Below, piece after piece: positions 49,284-59,021 of a stretch of 64,000 nucleotides of DNA. The number at the start of each line of letters is the position of its first letter. The first letter of the stretch is position 1. The DNA is from Nitrososphaerota archaeon (GTDB lineage: Archaea; Thermoproteota; EX4484-205; JAAOZP01), in NCBI GenBank assembly GCA_011605725.1, contig JAAOZP010000017.1, forward strand, positions 320,001 through 384,000, read 5' to 3'. The notes under the pieces were generated by a model. It was not told the origin of the DNA, searched no databases, and was given only the letters and a program-made list of their open reading frames with translations. A program made the translations under genes and the position numbers.

Positions 49284-50159
49284 ATGAGGAAAAACACAGT
49301 CAGCATGTTGATGACGCTTATGCTTGCAACAGTATTAGCCACCAGCCCAGTTTACGCGTACATCTGGGTAGACACGCCGGAGCCTGTTGGAAACGAGCCT
49401 GTTAAACCAGGGATAACCGGATGCGTGTTCTACGATTCTAATGCAAACGGAGTGATGGATGCTGGAGAAACCGTGTTAAGCGGCATACAGGTGGAGCTCT
49501 GGATTGGGGAGGACAGGGTTACGTGGACGACAACCGGCTCTAGCTACTGCTTCTACAGTGTTTGCGGCGAGTATACCGTCAAAGTTGTTTTGCCGCAGAA
49601 CTGGGCCAGTACAACTCCCCCAACAATATCTGTAACAGTAGAATGGGGGGAGACTAGTGGGAACAATAATTTCGGAATCGTGCGCATAGGCTACTACGGC
49701 GGGGGCCATACTCCAGGGTTCTGGAGCAGCAAGAACGGTGAAGACAAGATAAAGGATGAACCTGGTGGAGAATACACGGAGCTTGAAATGTTAGCAGGCT
49801 ATAACTTGAGGACAAAGGACGGTAAACGGTTCGAGCCCAAATCATACTCTGAACTCAGAGCCTGGCTCCTGGACGCGGACTCGACGAACATGGCTTACAT
49901 GCTGTCCGTCAAGCTTGCAGCCATGGTTTTAAGCGTTGAAGCAGGCTTCGTCAAGGGAGACGCGCTGGTCTACGCGCCGGGCGTGAAAACAGGTACGGAT
50001 TTCCTGACAATCAACGAGCTAGTAAAAGATGCAGACTATCAGCTCGGGTTAGACGGGTACACGCCTCAAGGAGATTCTAACAGGGCCTATCAGGAAATTC
50101 TCATGAAGGCGCTGGACGCTGCGAACAATAATCTTAACTTCATCTATCCAGCACCCTAG
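49284..50159 (+). CDS. Secreted protein with SdrD/Cna B-type Ig-like domain
   Basis: Signal peptide; ITGCVFYDSNANGVMDAGE..LSGI.VEL, GEYTV; GGHTPGFW. Confidence 0.75.
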   Translation: MRKNTVSMLMTLMLATVLATSPVYAYIWVDTPEPVGNEPVKPGITGCVFYDSNANGVMDAGETVLSGIQVELWIGEDRVTWTTTGSSYCFYSVCGEYTVKVVLPQNWASTTPPTISVTVEWGETSGNNNFGIVRIGYYGGGHTPGFWSSKNGEDKIKDEPGGEYTELEMLAGYNLRTKDGKRFEPKSYSELRAWLLDADSTNMAYMLSVKLAAMVLSVEAGFVKGDALVYAPGVKTGTDFLTINELVKDADYQLGLDGYTPQGDSNRAYQEILMKALDAANNNLNFIYPAP

Positions 50160-50252
50160 TGGACAATCGTCTCAACCCTTTCTTTTTTAAATGTTTCGGC
50201 GAACCGTCTTGCTAGACAAAGGTTTAAACAGGGGGCAGCAATACGCCTGTTC

Positions 50253-51635
50253 ATGAGTGCTACCTCCAGGTCTTGTGGAGAAGGTGAAAACACGGTTCGG
50301 AGCATAGGATCCCGGCTTGAGCTTTTCATCGACAACTGGCTTATAGCGGAGTCGAGGAACGTGGAGCTGAGGCTGCATAATCCTGTTCCGCAAGAGGTCT
50401 CCATAGTCTTCAACCAGCCTTGGGAGGGAAACACCTCAGGCTACGTGACAGTTTTTAAAGACGAAGACTGCTTCAGAATGTACTATCGCGGTTCAAACCA
50501 TGACTTGACAACTGGAGAGGCGACTCACCCGGAGTTCACGTGTTATGCTGAAAGCGTCGACGGCGTTAACTGGGTTAAGCCCAAGCTTAAACTATTCGAG
50601 TTCAACGGTTCAAGGCAGAACAATATTGTTTGGAGCGGTGTTGGAACGCATAATTTTACACCTTTCAGAGACACTAATCCAAACTGTTCACGAGAGGAAG
50701 CATATAAGGCTCTAGGGGTTGGCGACGGTGGACTCTACGCTTTCAAGTCTCCAGACGGTGTTCACTGGCAGTTAATGTCCAGCCAGCCGGTCATAACTAA
50801 GGGTGCTTTCGACTCTCAGAACCTGGCTTTCTGGGATACTGTTAGAAAGCGTTACGCTGCTTTCTTCCGCGGCTGGCGCCAAGGGACACGTGACATCCTG
50901 ACCTGCTTCTCGAAGGATTTCGTAAGCTGGACTGAGCCTGAATGGCTTGACTACGGTGAATCCCCGCGCGAGCATCTCTACACGAATGCAGTATTGCCAT
51001 ACTTTCGGGCTCCGCATGTCTTCCTAGGGTTTCCGATGCGCTTCATCCCAGACAGGGAGAAGACACCCCATTTTTACAAGGGTGTTTCAGACACAGTATT
51101 CATGAGCAGCCACGACGGTCTGCATTGGCAGCGATGGGCAGAAGCCTTCATCCGGCCTGGACCAATGCCTGAACGGTGGATTAACCGTAACAATATGACG
51201 GCGTGGGGAATTCTGGTTACGAAATCCAGGCTTACGAATGCTCCTGACGAGCTTTCACTATACTCTAATGAGGGATACTATACTTCCGGTAACCGTTTAC
51301 GCCGCTTCACGCTGCGAACAGACGGCTTTGTCTCCGTGCACGCGTCATATTCTGGAGGCGAGCTCGTCACCCATCCTCTAATGTTCAAAGAGGGGAGACT
51401 GCTGCTTAACTATTCTACGTCAGCTGCAGGAGGAGTAATGGTGGAAATCCTGGATGAGGATAGTAAGCCTATTCCAGGCTTCACGATGGAGGAGGCTGTG
51501 GAGCTTTACGGCGACGAGGTTGAAGCAGAAGCCAGGTGGAGAAACGGCTCGGACATAAGCAGGCTGTCAGGCCGGGTTGTCCGCATACGCTTAAGAATGT
51601 GGGATGCTGATGTTTACGCTTTAAAAGCGTGTTGA
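50253..51635 (+). CDS. Putative glycoside hydrolase-like beta-propeller protein
   Basis: LFID, PWEG, repeated S.DG..W motifs (SVDGVNW, SPDGVHW, SKDFVSW, SHDGLHW), LR.DGFVS. Confidence 0.65.
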   Translation: MSATSRSCGEGENTVRSIGSRLELFIDNWLIAESRNVELRLHNPVPQEVSIVFNQPWEGNTSGYVTVFKDEDCFRMYYRGSNHDLTTGEATHPEFTCYAESVDGVNWVKPKLKLFEFNGSRQNNIVWSGVGTHNFTPFRDTNPNCSREEAYKALGVGDGGLYAFKSPDGVHWQLMSSQPVITKGAFDSQNLAFWDTVRKRYAAFFRGWRQGTRDILTCFSKDFVSWTEPEWLDYGESPREHLYTNAVLPYFRAPHVFLGFPMRFIPDREKTPHFYKGVSDTVFMSSHDGLHWQRWAEAFIRPGPMPERWINRNNMTAWGILVTKSRLTNAPDELSLYSNEGYYTSGNRLRRFTLRTDGFVSVHASYSGGELVTHPLMFKEGRLLLNYSTSAAGGVMVEILDEDSKPIPGFTMEEAVELYGDEVEAEARWRNGSDISRLSGRVVRIRLRMWDADVYALKAC

Positions 51636-51755
51636 AAAAAACACTGGGTAAACAAGCCACCGTTAAATTTTTAATCCCTATTTCCTCAACCCTTCTCATC
51701 TAGGGAAACATCATAAGGCTTTTATAGTTAACTCGCAATCGAGACGATAACTGCT

Positions 51756-53456
51756 TTGACCCAGCGGGTCGTGTTGGCAGACGAAGGTAAAAGCCCCTAC
51801 CGCATCATTATACCTGTTGACGCAATCCCTTCGGAGCGCTATGCTGCGGAAGAATTTCAGAAGTACTTTGAGCGAATCAGCAGCGTGAAGCTGCCCATTT
51901 CAACGGACGACCTGCCGATGACAAGCCATGAAATAATGCTCGGCGACAATAAGCATCTATACAGCCTAGGTTTGCGAGTAGATTTGAATAAACTTGGTCC
52001 AGAAGGCTTCCTGCTTAAAACATTAAACAATCATCTGGCAGTAGTGGGCGGCAGGCCTCGTGGAACTCTCTACGGCGTCTACACCCTGCTGGAAGAGAAG
52101 CTTGGCGTCCGGTGGTTCACTCCTGAAGTGGAGCATGTGCCTAACATGACGCGTGTCGAAATCCCTCCTCTAGACGAGATTCAGAAACCAGATTTAGAAT
52201 ACCGTGAAGTCTTCTGGACAGAAATGCTGAGGAATGCTGATTTCGCCGCCCGCCACAGGTTGAACGGTCATCATTACCGCTTGACTGAGAAGCACGGTGG
52301 ACGGGCAGCCGTATTCTATCCTTTTGTGCACAGTTTAAACGAGTTAATACCTTGTGAAATCTGTGAGCAGCACCCTGAGTTCTGGCCGATGGTGAACGGT
52401 AAACGTGTCAGCGGGTATGTTCAAAGATGCTTATCCAACCCTGAGCTTGTTAAAACAGCGGTTGAACGCGTGAAAAAATGGGTGGAGGAGCATCCTGACG
52501 CGACTATCATAGATGTTTCACAGAACGATACGGGCTACTGGTGTCAGTGTCCGGATTGCAAAGCATTCGACGAAGCCGAGGGAAGCCCAGCTGCGTCTCT
52601 CCTCAGGTTTGTAAACATTATTGCCGAATCTGTTGAAAAAGATTATCCGGGTATCCGTGTGGAGACACTAGCATACCAGTATAGCCGTAAGCCTCCGAAA
52701 AACCTGCGTCCGCGGAGAAACGTTATAATCAGGCTTTGCTCAATCGAATGCTGCTTCTCCCACCTGTTGGAAAACTGCCCGTCGGAGGAGAATAAGAGTT
52801 TCCGGAGAGATATTGAGGCCTGGCAGCCGGTTTCCCCCTTGCTTTATGTTTGGGATTACACTACTAACTTCGCCCATTATCTTCAGCCTTTTCCAAACCT
52901 TGAAGTGCTTCAGCAGAACGTAAAGTTCTTCGTTAAACACGGTGTCAAAGGCTTGTTTGAACAGGGTAACTATTCTCCAGGTGGAAACGGGGAGATGGCA
53001 CCGTTAAGAGCATACCTGTTGGCGAAGCTCCTATGGAATCCTGATACTGATCTAAAGAAGCATGTTGACGATTTTCTGAAAGGCTATTACGGTAGGGCGA
53101 TGAATGCTGTTCGAGCCTACATAGAGCTGCTACATAGGAAAGCGAGAGAGAAAGAAGTTCACGTACATATTTACGACCCACCGACCTCCGCGTTTTTAGA
53201 CGACGAGTTTCTAGAGGAGGCTGAAAAGCTTTTTGACGAGGCTGAACGACTTGCTGACGATGAGGAGATACGTTTTCGCGTGCAGGTGGCGCGCCTACCA
53301 GTCTGGTATGTTAAGCTGGCGACGAACCGGGTGAAGGGTGAAGAAAGGTTAGGGCTGCTCCGCAGGTTTCTAGAAGTAGCCCGCAGGGCTGGTGTCACGC
53401 ATATTAGTGAAGGCTTGAAACTGGATGACTGGGTGAAGCGAATGGTTGAAGAATAA
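51756..53456 (+). CDS. DUF4838 / GH67-N-like domain protein
   Basis: SERYAAEE, GGRPRGTLYGVY..LE..GVRW.TP, QRCLSNP, CQCPDC, TLAY, WDY. Confidence 0.78.
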   Translation: MTQRVVLADEGKSPYRIIIPVDAIPSERYAAEEFQKYFERISSVKLPISTDDLPMTSHEIMLGDNKHLYSLGLRVDLNKLGPEGFLLKTLNNHLAVVGGRPRGTLYGVYTLLEEKLGVRWFTPEVEHVPNMTRVEIPPLDEIQKPDLEYREVFWTEMLRNADFAARHRLNGHHYRLTEKHGGRAAVFYPFVHSLNELIPCEICEQHPEFWPMVNGKRVSGYVQRCLSNPELVKTAVERVKKWVEEHPDATIIDVSQNDTGYWCQCPDCKAFDEAEGSPAASLLRFVNIIAESVEKDYPGIRVETLAYQYSRKPPKNLRPRRNVIIRLCSIECCFSHLLENCPSEENKSFRRDIEAWQPVSPLLYVWDYTTNFAHYLQPFPNLEVLQQNVKFFVKHGVKGLFEQGNYSPGGNGEMAPLRAYLLAKLLWNPDTDLKKHVDDFLKGYYGRAMNAVRAYIELLHRKAREKEVHVHIYDPPTSAFLDDEFLEEAEKLFDEAERLADDEEIRFRVQVARLPVWYVKLATNRVKGEERLGLLRRFLEVARRAGVTHISEGLKLDDWVKRMVEE

Positions 53457-53787
53457 GCATGCTTAGAAGTTTTCAATACGCGCGCTGTATTCGCTGGGCA
53501 AAGTACCTCTAGCTCTGTTAACTTCATACCAATAGTGTAGCTTAGGCTACCACAGTATGCGATCAACCTTTCTATGTTCAAACACAGCGATTGTAAGCTG
53601 CCTATCATCCATATTTAACTAGCAATGCTATTAACACTCCTTTCTCTTTTAAGCCTTCCACCAGCACATTGAAAGATTGGGAAAACAAGCGTGGTGCGTG
53701 TTAATTTTCTAAGTCTTACAAAACGTGGCAAACAGCTGGCTCGTATTAAAGCTTAAATAATGGAATCGCCAATAAACGCGGTGAAAG

Positions 53788-54486
53788 TTGGAGATATTCG
53801 AGAGTTTCTCTAAGTCTGTCGACTACGTTTCGAAGCTGTTGTCAAGAGGAGTGGAGCTCATAGCAATGATAATAATCAGCATAATTCCCATAGTCAACTT
53901 CATCTTCCTGGGCTATTGCAGTAAGATTTTGAAAGAGGGGCCTGCCAAGGACGAGCCCCCGAAGTTCGAGAACTTCGGAGAACTCTTTTGGGACGGGTTA
54001 AAGATATTCGTCGTAGCACTGTTATGGGCATTGCTGGCTATAATAATACTGGTGGCTGTGCTCGTCTCAGTTGTGCCTTGGTACTGGATCGGCAGCAGGC
54101 TCGGCTTTGCTAGTCTCGGAGTCATGCCACTCATCGCCATATTCACAGCACTCCTAGTTGGCATATGCGTGGGAATATTTGGGGTAATAGGTGTCCTTCT
54201 CGCCGCTAAGACTGGGGAAATATCTAAAGGGTTTTCCCTTCAGCAGATAATGACAGTGATAAACAGCGTCGGCTTAGCCAACCATGTTATCTGGGTGGTT
54301 GTATCAGCCATCATAACACTCATAGTAGGCTTGTTAAGCACGGTGCCGCTGATCGGTTGGCTCATAATCCTGGTGATAACTCCTCTTCTTGCAACCTTTC
54401 TAGCCAGGGCTGCAACACTCTTCTATTCGGATGCTGTTGAAAAAACCCTACTTCCGCCACCCCCGCCTCCACCTATAACTGTTTAA
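53788..54486 (+). CDS. DUF4013 membrane protein
   Basis: IIPIVNFIFLGY...PKFENFGELFWDGLK; poly-Pro tail. Confidence 0.78.
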   Translation: MEIFESFSKSVDYVSKLLSRGVELIAMIIISIIPIVNFIFLGYCSKILKEGPAKDEPPKFENFGELFWDGLKIFVVALLWALLAIIILVAVLVSVVPWYWIGSRLGFASLGVMPLIAIFTALLVGICVGIFGVIGVLLAAKTGEISKGFSLQQIMTVINSVGLANHVIWVVVSAIITLIVGLLSTVPLIGWLIILVITPLLATFLARAATLFYSDAVEKTLLPPPPPPPITV

Positions 54487-54637
54487 CCATCACGCGAGTT
54501 TCCCCTGAAAACCTGATTGAAGTAGTTTTTCAGCTTATACCATATTGTTTCCCGTGGCATGTGAATCAGCCAGCGCATCTGCAAAAATGTCTCATTTCAG
54601 CGCTCTAAATCTTTTTTAAACCAGAAGACGTTTCCCA

Positions 54638-55498
54638 GTGATCATGGGAGACTGGACTAGGAGAATCTTCATAGAACGAGCTGATCTCTTTCTTAAAATC
54701 ATGAATGAGAAATGGATTAAAACAGAGGCTCTCGTCGACGGAATGATAAGGCTGCTTAAGGATTTCAACATTGAAAGCGGAAGGATACTGGATCTTTGCT
54801 GCGGAAACGGGAGGGTTGCAATAACCTTTGCTAAAAAGGGTTTCAGAGCCGTGGGCATCGATTTTTCCCCCATGTTTATCGAAGATGCTAAAGAAAAGGC
54901 AAGGGAGCTAGGCGTCTCTAAAAGGACCAGCTTCATATGTGGCGACGCTAGAAGACTCTTGAGCCTCGTGCCCAAGGATGCGTTTTTCGACGTAGTAACC
55001 AGTGTCTGGACATCAATAGGCTATTACAGTAAGGATGAAGACCTTTCAGTTTTCAAGCAGGCGAGAAAGCTAACAAGAGATGGAGGGATACTTTTCATAG
55101 CTGAGACAGTTCATAGAGATTCCCTAAACCTGAGTTTCTGCCCTTCATCGTTCACGCTCTACGAGAATATTGTTCTAGTTGAAGAAAGGAAGTGGGACGT
55201 GCTCACCTCTAAGCTTAGAACCACATGGTCTTTCTACGCGAAGAACGGTGATAACCTAAGGCTTATTGACAGAATCATGTTCGACATATACGTCTATAGC
55301 GTAAGCGAGCTTGCATCAATGTTGAGGGAAGCAGGTTGGGAAACCGTCGCAACATATGGGAACCTGGCTACTGGACAACTGTTCAGCCCCTGGACAGAGT
55401 TAAACCTGGTTGCGAAAACCACTAACATGCAGCATGATGAAAAAGGTAGTGGCACTACACAGTTTTTTAAAAAGACTGAAAGGAGTTTAAAGGATTAA
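54638..55498 (+). CDS. Class I SAM-dependent methyltransferase
   Basis: ILDLCCGNGR, GIDFS, GDAR, WTSIGY. Confidence 0.85.
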   Translation: MIMGDWTRRIFIERADLFLKIMNEKWIKTEALVDGMIRLLKDFNIESGRILDLCCGNGRVAITFAKKGFRAVGIDFSPMFIEDAKEKARELGVSKRTSFICGDARRLLSLVPKDAFFDVVTSVWTSIGYYSKDEDLSVFKQARKLTRDGGILFIAETVHRDSLNLSFCPSSFTLYENIVLVEERKWDVLTSKLRTTWSFYAKNGDNLRLIDRIMFDIYVYSVSELASMLREAGWETVATYGNLATGQLFSPWTELNLVAKTTNMQHDEKGSGTTQFFKKTERSLKD

Positions 55499-56427
55499 GC
55501 TTCCTTAACACCCTCTAAAGCCTCGCGCAAACCCTTGTAGCGGTTACGAACAGTAACCTCAGTAACATTACTTGCTTCAGCAATCTGTTTTTGAGTGAAC
55601 AATTGTAAACCAAGCCTCTGCGTAGCAAGATACATCGCGGCCGCAACCATTCCAAGCGGGTCTTTACCAGCCGTGATCTTTTTCTCCTTAGCCTCTTTTA
55701 AAATTTTCAATGTTTCTCTCTCCACCTCCGGTCCGACTTTAAGCTTGCTCGCGACTTTTTCAACATATATCGCCGGGTCGCTGAGAGGCATTTTGCTTTC
55801 AAGCGACCTGATCAACAGCCTGTAGCTTCTCGCCACCTCCTTCCTCTTAAGCCCTGAAGCATTCGCAACCTCTTTAAGCGTCCTCGGGATTCCACTGTCT
55901 CTGCATGCTGCGTACAATGCTGCCGCCGCGAGACTGTTTATCGGTCTCCCCCTCACCAGTCCTCTTTCAAGAGCGTCACGATAGATCTGCACTGCCCTCG
56001 TGTATGTTGCCTTCGGCGCTTTAAGCTGGTCTGCTATCTGCGATATTACTTTACTCGCAACCTGCAGGTTTCTCTCCGCCGAGTTGTACGCCCTGTTTCT
56101 CTGCTGCCATAGTCTTAGCTTCTGGGCTTCAGCCATTGCTTTCTCAGAAAGCACTTTGCCAGTTGCGTCTTTAATTCCTGTTTCAAGCGTGGTTGATAGT
56201 CCATAATCATATATTGCTGTTGATAGGGGACTTCCAACCCTATCTCTTTTCTCTGATTCCTCGTCTCCAAATTCCCTCCATTCTTTCGACTCGTCAAGCA
56301 TCTTCTGCACGAGTACGAAGCCGCATGCTGAGCAATAGATTTCCCCAGACCTTTTATCCTCCACTATCTTCTTCGAGCCGCACTGGGGACATGCCCACCT
56401 CTGCAGCTCGTCTGATGGGAGGCTCAT
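55495..56427 (-). CDS. tfb: Transcription initiation factor IIB (TFB)
   Basis: Zn ribbon CPQC..CSAC, EWREF, RVGSP, ERNL, GKDP, TQKQIAE..VTEVTVRNRYK. Confidence 0.95.
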   Translation of the reverse strand: MSLPSDELQRWACPQCGSKKIVEDKRSGEIYCSACGFVLVQKMLDESKEWREFGDEESEKRDRVGSPLSTAIYDYGLSTTLETGIKDATGKVLSEKAMAEAQKLRLWQQRNRAYNSAERNLQVASKVISQIADQLKAPKATYTRAVQIYRDALERGLVRGRPINSLAAAALYAACRDSGIPRTLKEVANASGLKRKEVARSYRLLIRSLESKMPLSDPAIYVEKVASKLKVGPEVERETLKILKEAKEKKITAGKDPLGMVAAAMYLATQRLGLQLFTQKQIAEASNVTEVTVRNRYKGLREALEGVKEA

Positions 56428-56468
56428 CTCTCAAACCTCCTGCGGAAAAGCTTAAAAGCAGGTGCCAT
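56424..56468 (-). CDS. Putative 14-aa upstream ORF coupled to tfb
   Basis: MAPAFKLFRRRFER; TGA overlaps the tfb ATG (ATGA); ATG about 25 nt below TATA TTTAAATA (56493-56500). Confidence 0.4.
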   Translation of the reverse strand: MAPAFKLFRRRFER

Positions 56469-56621
56469 TTTCACTCAACCCTCCCATACCATTATTTAAA
56501 CTTTTCGCTTTTCCGGCCGAGTAGTCAAAAACCCCCTTCTCACGGTTTCCCCAGCCGAATAAACCCTTATTTCCCAGTTTCTCCCGGATGATTAAAACCG
56601 TTTAAAAGGGTTTAGAGTATT

Positions 56622-56639
56622 ATTTAGCGCACGCTAAAT
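56622..56639. promoter_or_regulatory. Palindromic operator over the dinB start
   Basis: ATTTAGCG-CA-CGCTAAAT, 8-bp perfect arms between TATA (TTTAAAA 56601) and ATG 56638. Confidence 0.55.
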
Positions 56640-57780
56640 GAGCCTTTGGAAAAACCCTGTCGAAAAGCAGGCGTCGCAACCCAGAGTTATAATGCTCGTT
56701 GACCTAGACTATTTTTTCGCGCAGTGCGAGGAAGTAAGGAATCCTTCTTTAAGAAACAAGCCTGTGGTTGTATGTGTGTACTCTGGAAGAAGTGGGGAAA
56801 GCGGTGTTGTGAGCACTGCAAACTATGAGGCTAGGAAATACGGTGTTAAATCAGGCATCCCTATCACCGTGGCTAAAAAAAGGCTGGCGAATGTTGACGC
56901 AGTATTTCTCCCTGTTGACCATGATTATTACGACAGGGTTTCAGAAGAAGTGATGAATATCCTTAGGAATCATGCTGATGTCTTCGAGCAGGCGGGGGTT
57001 GACGAAGCCTACTTGGATGTGAGCGAGAGAGTTGGAAGAAGCTTTGATAAAGCCAGGGAATTAGCTGAGAAGATAAAGGAGGAGGTGAGGAGAAGCAAGG
57101 GGTTGACATGTTCAATAGGCATCGGTCCGAATAAGCTTGTCGCTAAGATTGCTGCCGACAGTCAAAAGCCGGATGGCCTAACGGTTGTTAAACCCGAAGA
57201 GGTTCAAGGCTTCCTTTCACCCCTGCCGGTCAACCGGTTAATCGGAGTCGGAGCCAAGACCCAGAGCCGGATGGAGAGCCTAGGCATTAAGACGATCGGC
57301 GACCTAGCTGGTTTTAGTGTTCAGAGGCTCGTTGAGCTTTTCGGGGAGAAGCTTGGCATTTACTTCTATAATGCTTCCCATGGGGTAGATAACAGGCCTG
57401 TTGAAGAAAAAGGTGAAACGGCATCCATAAGTAGAATATCGACTCTTAGGGAAGATACTCGCGACACAGAGGCTATTATGAGAAAGGCTGGTGAGCTTTG
57501 CGACGAGATTCAAGCTGAACTCGCCCGGCGTAGGCTAAAGGCTAAGCAGATTGGAATAATAGTTATTTCTAAAGATACTAGTGTTCACAGCAGGTCGAAA
57601 ACCCTGGCACAGCCCACGAGTAATCCGGAGGCGCTTAAAAAGGATGTGAGAGAACTGTTTGAAAGATTTCTGAGGGAATCCGGGCTTGAAGCGCGAAGAG
57701 TAGGTGTGAAGGTCTCAGGCTTCGTTAGAGGAGACAGTCAGAGAAGACTGGGAAGCTTTATTCAGGGCGAGGCAGAGTAA
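56638..57780 (+). CDS. dinB: Y-family DNA polymerase IV (DinB/Dpo4)
   Basis: VDLDYFFAQCE, STANYEARKYGV, GVDEAYLD, NKLVAKIA..KPDG; PIP-like QRRLGSF tail. Confidence 0.95.
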   Translation: MSLWKNPVEKQASQPRVIMLVDLDYFFAQCEEVRNPSLRNKPVVVCVYSGRSGESGVVSTANYEARKYGVKSGIPITVAKKRLANVDAVFLPVDHDYYDRVSEEVMNILRNHADVFEQAGVDEAYLDVSERVGRSFDKARELAEKIKEEVRRSKGLTCSIGIGPNKLVAKIAADSQKPDGLTVVKPEEVQGFLSPLPVNRLIGVGAKTQSRMESLGIKTIGDLAGFSVQRLVELFGEKLGIYFYNASHGVDNRPVEEKGETASISRISTLREDTRDTEAIMRKAGELCDEIQAELARRRLKAKQIGIIVISKDTSVHSRSKTLAQPTSNPEALKKDVRELFERFLRESGLEARRVGVKVSGFVRGDSQRRLGSFIQGEAE

Positions 57781-58058
57781 TACTTCCTCAAACATCCAGG
57801 CAATCCGTCACCACAGGCTTCCGTCAGTAGTGTGCACCGGATCTTCCGGAGACGAAGACAACGATACCAGCCATGGTTTGTCTTAGACACCGCATCCCGC
57901 CGGCTAATCCATATTCAAAAACCCTTAACCTCCCTGTTCCACCGGTTTTTATGCGCAGAACCATTGTCCTAATTGATGCTCATTTTCACACAACCCTCTC
58001 CCTCAAACGTTTACCTGCCTCCGTATTTTTAAAGACGGTTTCAAACGGCTTTTCAGCC

Positions 58059-59021
58059 ATGATGACGGAGTGCTCGCTTGAGGATATTGACGGCGTTGGG
58101 CCTGCGACGGCGAGGAAGCTCAGGGAAGCTGGCTTCGTAAGCATTGAGTCCCTAGCGGTTGCAACAGCATTCGAGATCTCCGAGGCTACTGGAATAGGCT
58201 ATGATACTGCTCTCAAGATCTCCCAGGCTGCCAGGGAGCTTGTCAAGATAGACCTGGTTACTGCAGACGAGGTTTTGAAGAGGAGGCAGCAGGCCCAGAA
58301 GATCACGACTGGAAGCAAAGCCTTAGACGCTCTTCTCGGGGGAGGAATCGAGACTCAAGCCATAACGGAGCTTGTTGGAGAATTCGGAACCGGGAAGACC
58401 CAGCTCTGCCACACTTTATGCGTGACAGTTCAGCTTCCCAAGGATAAGGGCGGGTTGGAGGCCGGCGCGTTATTCATAGATACTGAGGGGACGTTCAGGC
58501 CTGAGAGGATTGTTCAGATAGCTAGGAAACACAGGCTTGAAGCCGAGAAGGCTCTTAAGAACATTATCTACGCTAGAGTTTACAACTCTGATCATCAGGT
58601 TCTCTTGGTTGACAAGGCTTGGGAAATATGCAGTCAGCACCCAATAAGGCTGATTATCGTAGACTCTCTGACAAGCCAGTTCAGGGGAGAGTATCTTGGG
58701 AGGGAAGCGTTAGCCTTAAGGCAGCAGAGGCTTAACGGCCATGTTCACAAGCTGCTTAAGTTGGCTGAGGCTCTTAACCTTGCCGTTGTCGTTACTAACC
58801 AGGTTGTCGCTAACCCTGGCCAGTTCTTCGGAGACCCCAACAAGCCGGCAGGCGGGAACGTAGTTGCGCATGCAAGCACCTACAGGCTGTTTCTAAGGAA
58901 GGGTAAGGAGAATACCCGTGTTGCATGCCTCTTCGACGCTCCACACCTGCCTTATGGGGAGGCTTCTTTCCTCGTTGGTGAAGGCGGGGTTGTGGATTCG
59001 CCAGGATCCGAGTCTAGTTAA
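58059..59021 (+). CDS. radA: RadA recombinase
   Basis: HhH N-domain GVGPATA, LLGGGIE, GEFGTGKTQ, IDTEGTFRPER, IIVDS, RQQ, VTNQV. Confidence 0.93.
   Translation: MMTECSLEDIDGVGPATARKLREAGFVSIESLAVATAFEISEATGIGYDTALKISQAARELVKIDLVTADEVLKRRQQAQKITTGSKALDALLGGGIETQAITELVGEFGTGKTQLCHTLCVTVQLPKDKGGLEAGALFIDTEGTFRPERIVQIARKHRLEAEKALKNIIYARVYNSDHQVLLVDKAWEICSQHPIRLIIVDSLTSQFRGEYLGREALALRQQRLNGHVHKLLKLAEALNLAVVVTNQVVANPGQFFGDPNKPAGGNVVAHASTYRLFLRKGKENTRVACLFDAPHLPYGEASFLVGEGGVVDSPGSESS

Noticed and set aside
56597-58050. CCGTTT-N-AAA quasi-palindromes at the dinB and radA promoters
   Set aside because: Degenerate, overlap TATA-like DNA, and similar strings occur inside coding regions (about 4113, about 6145)
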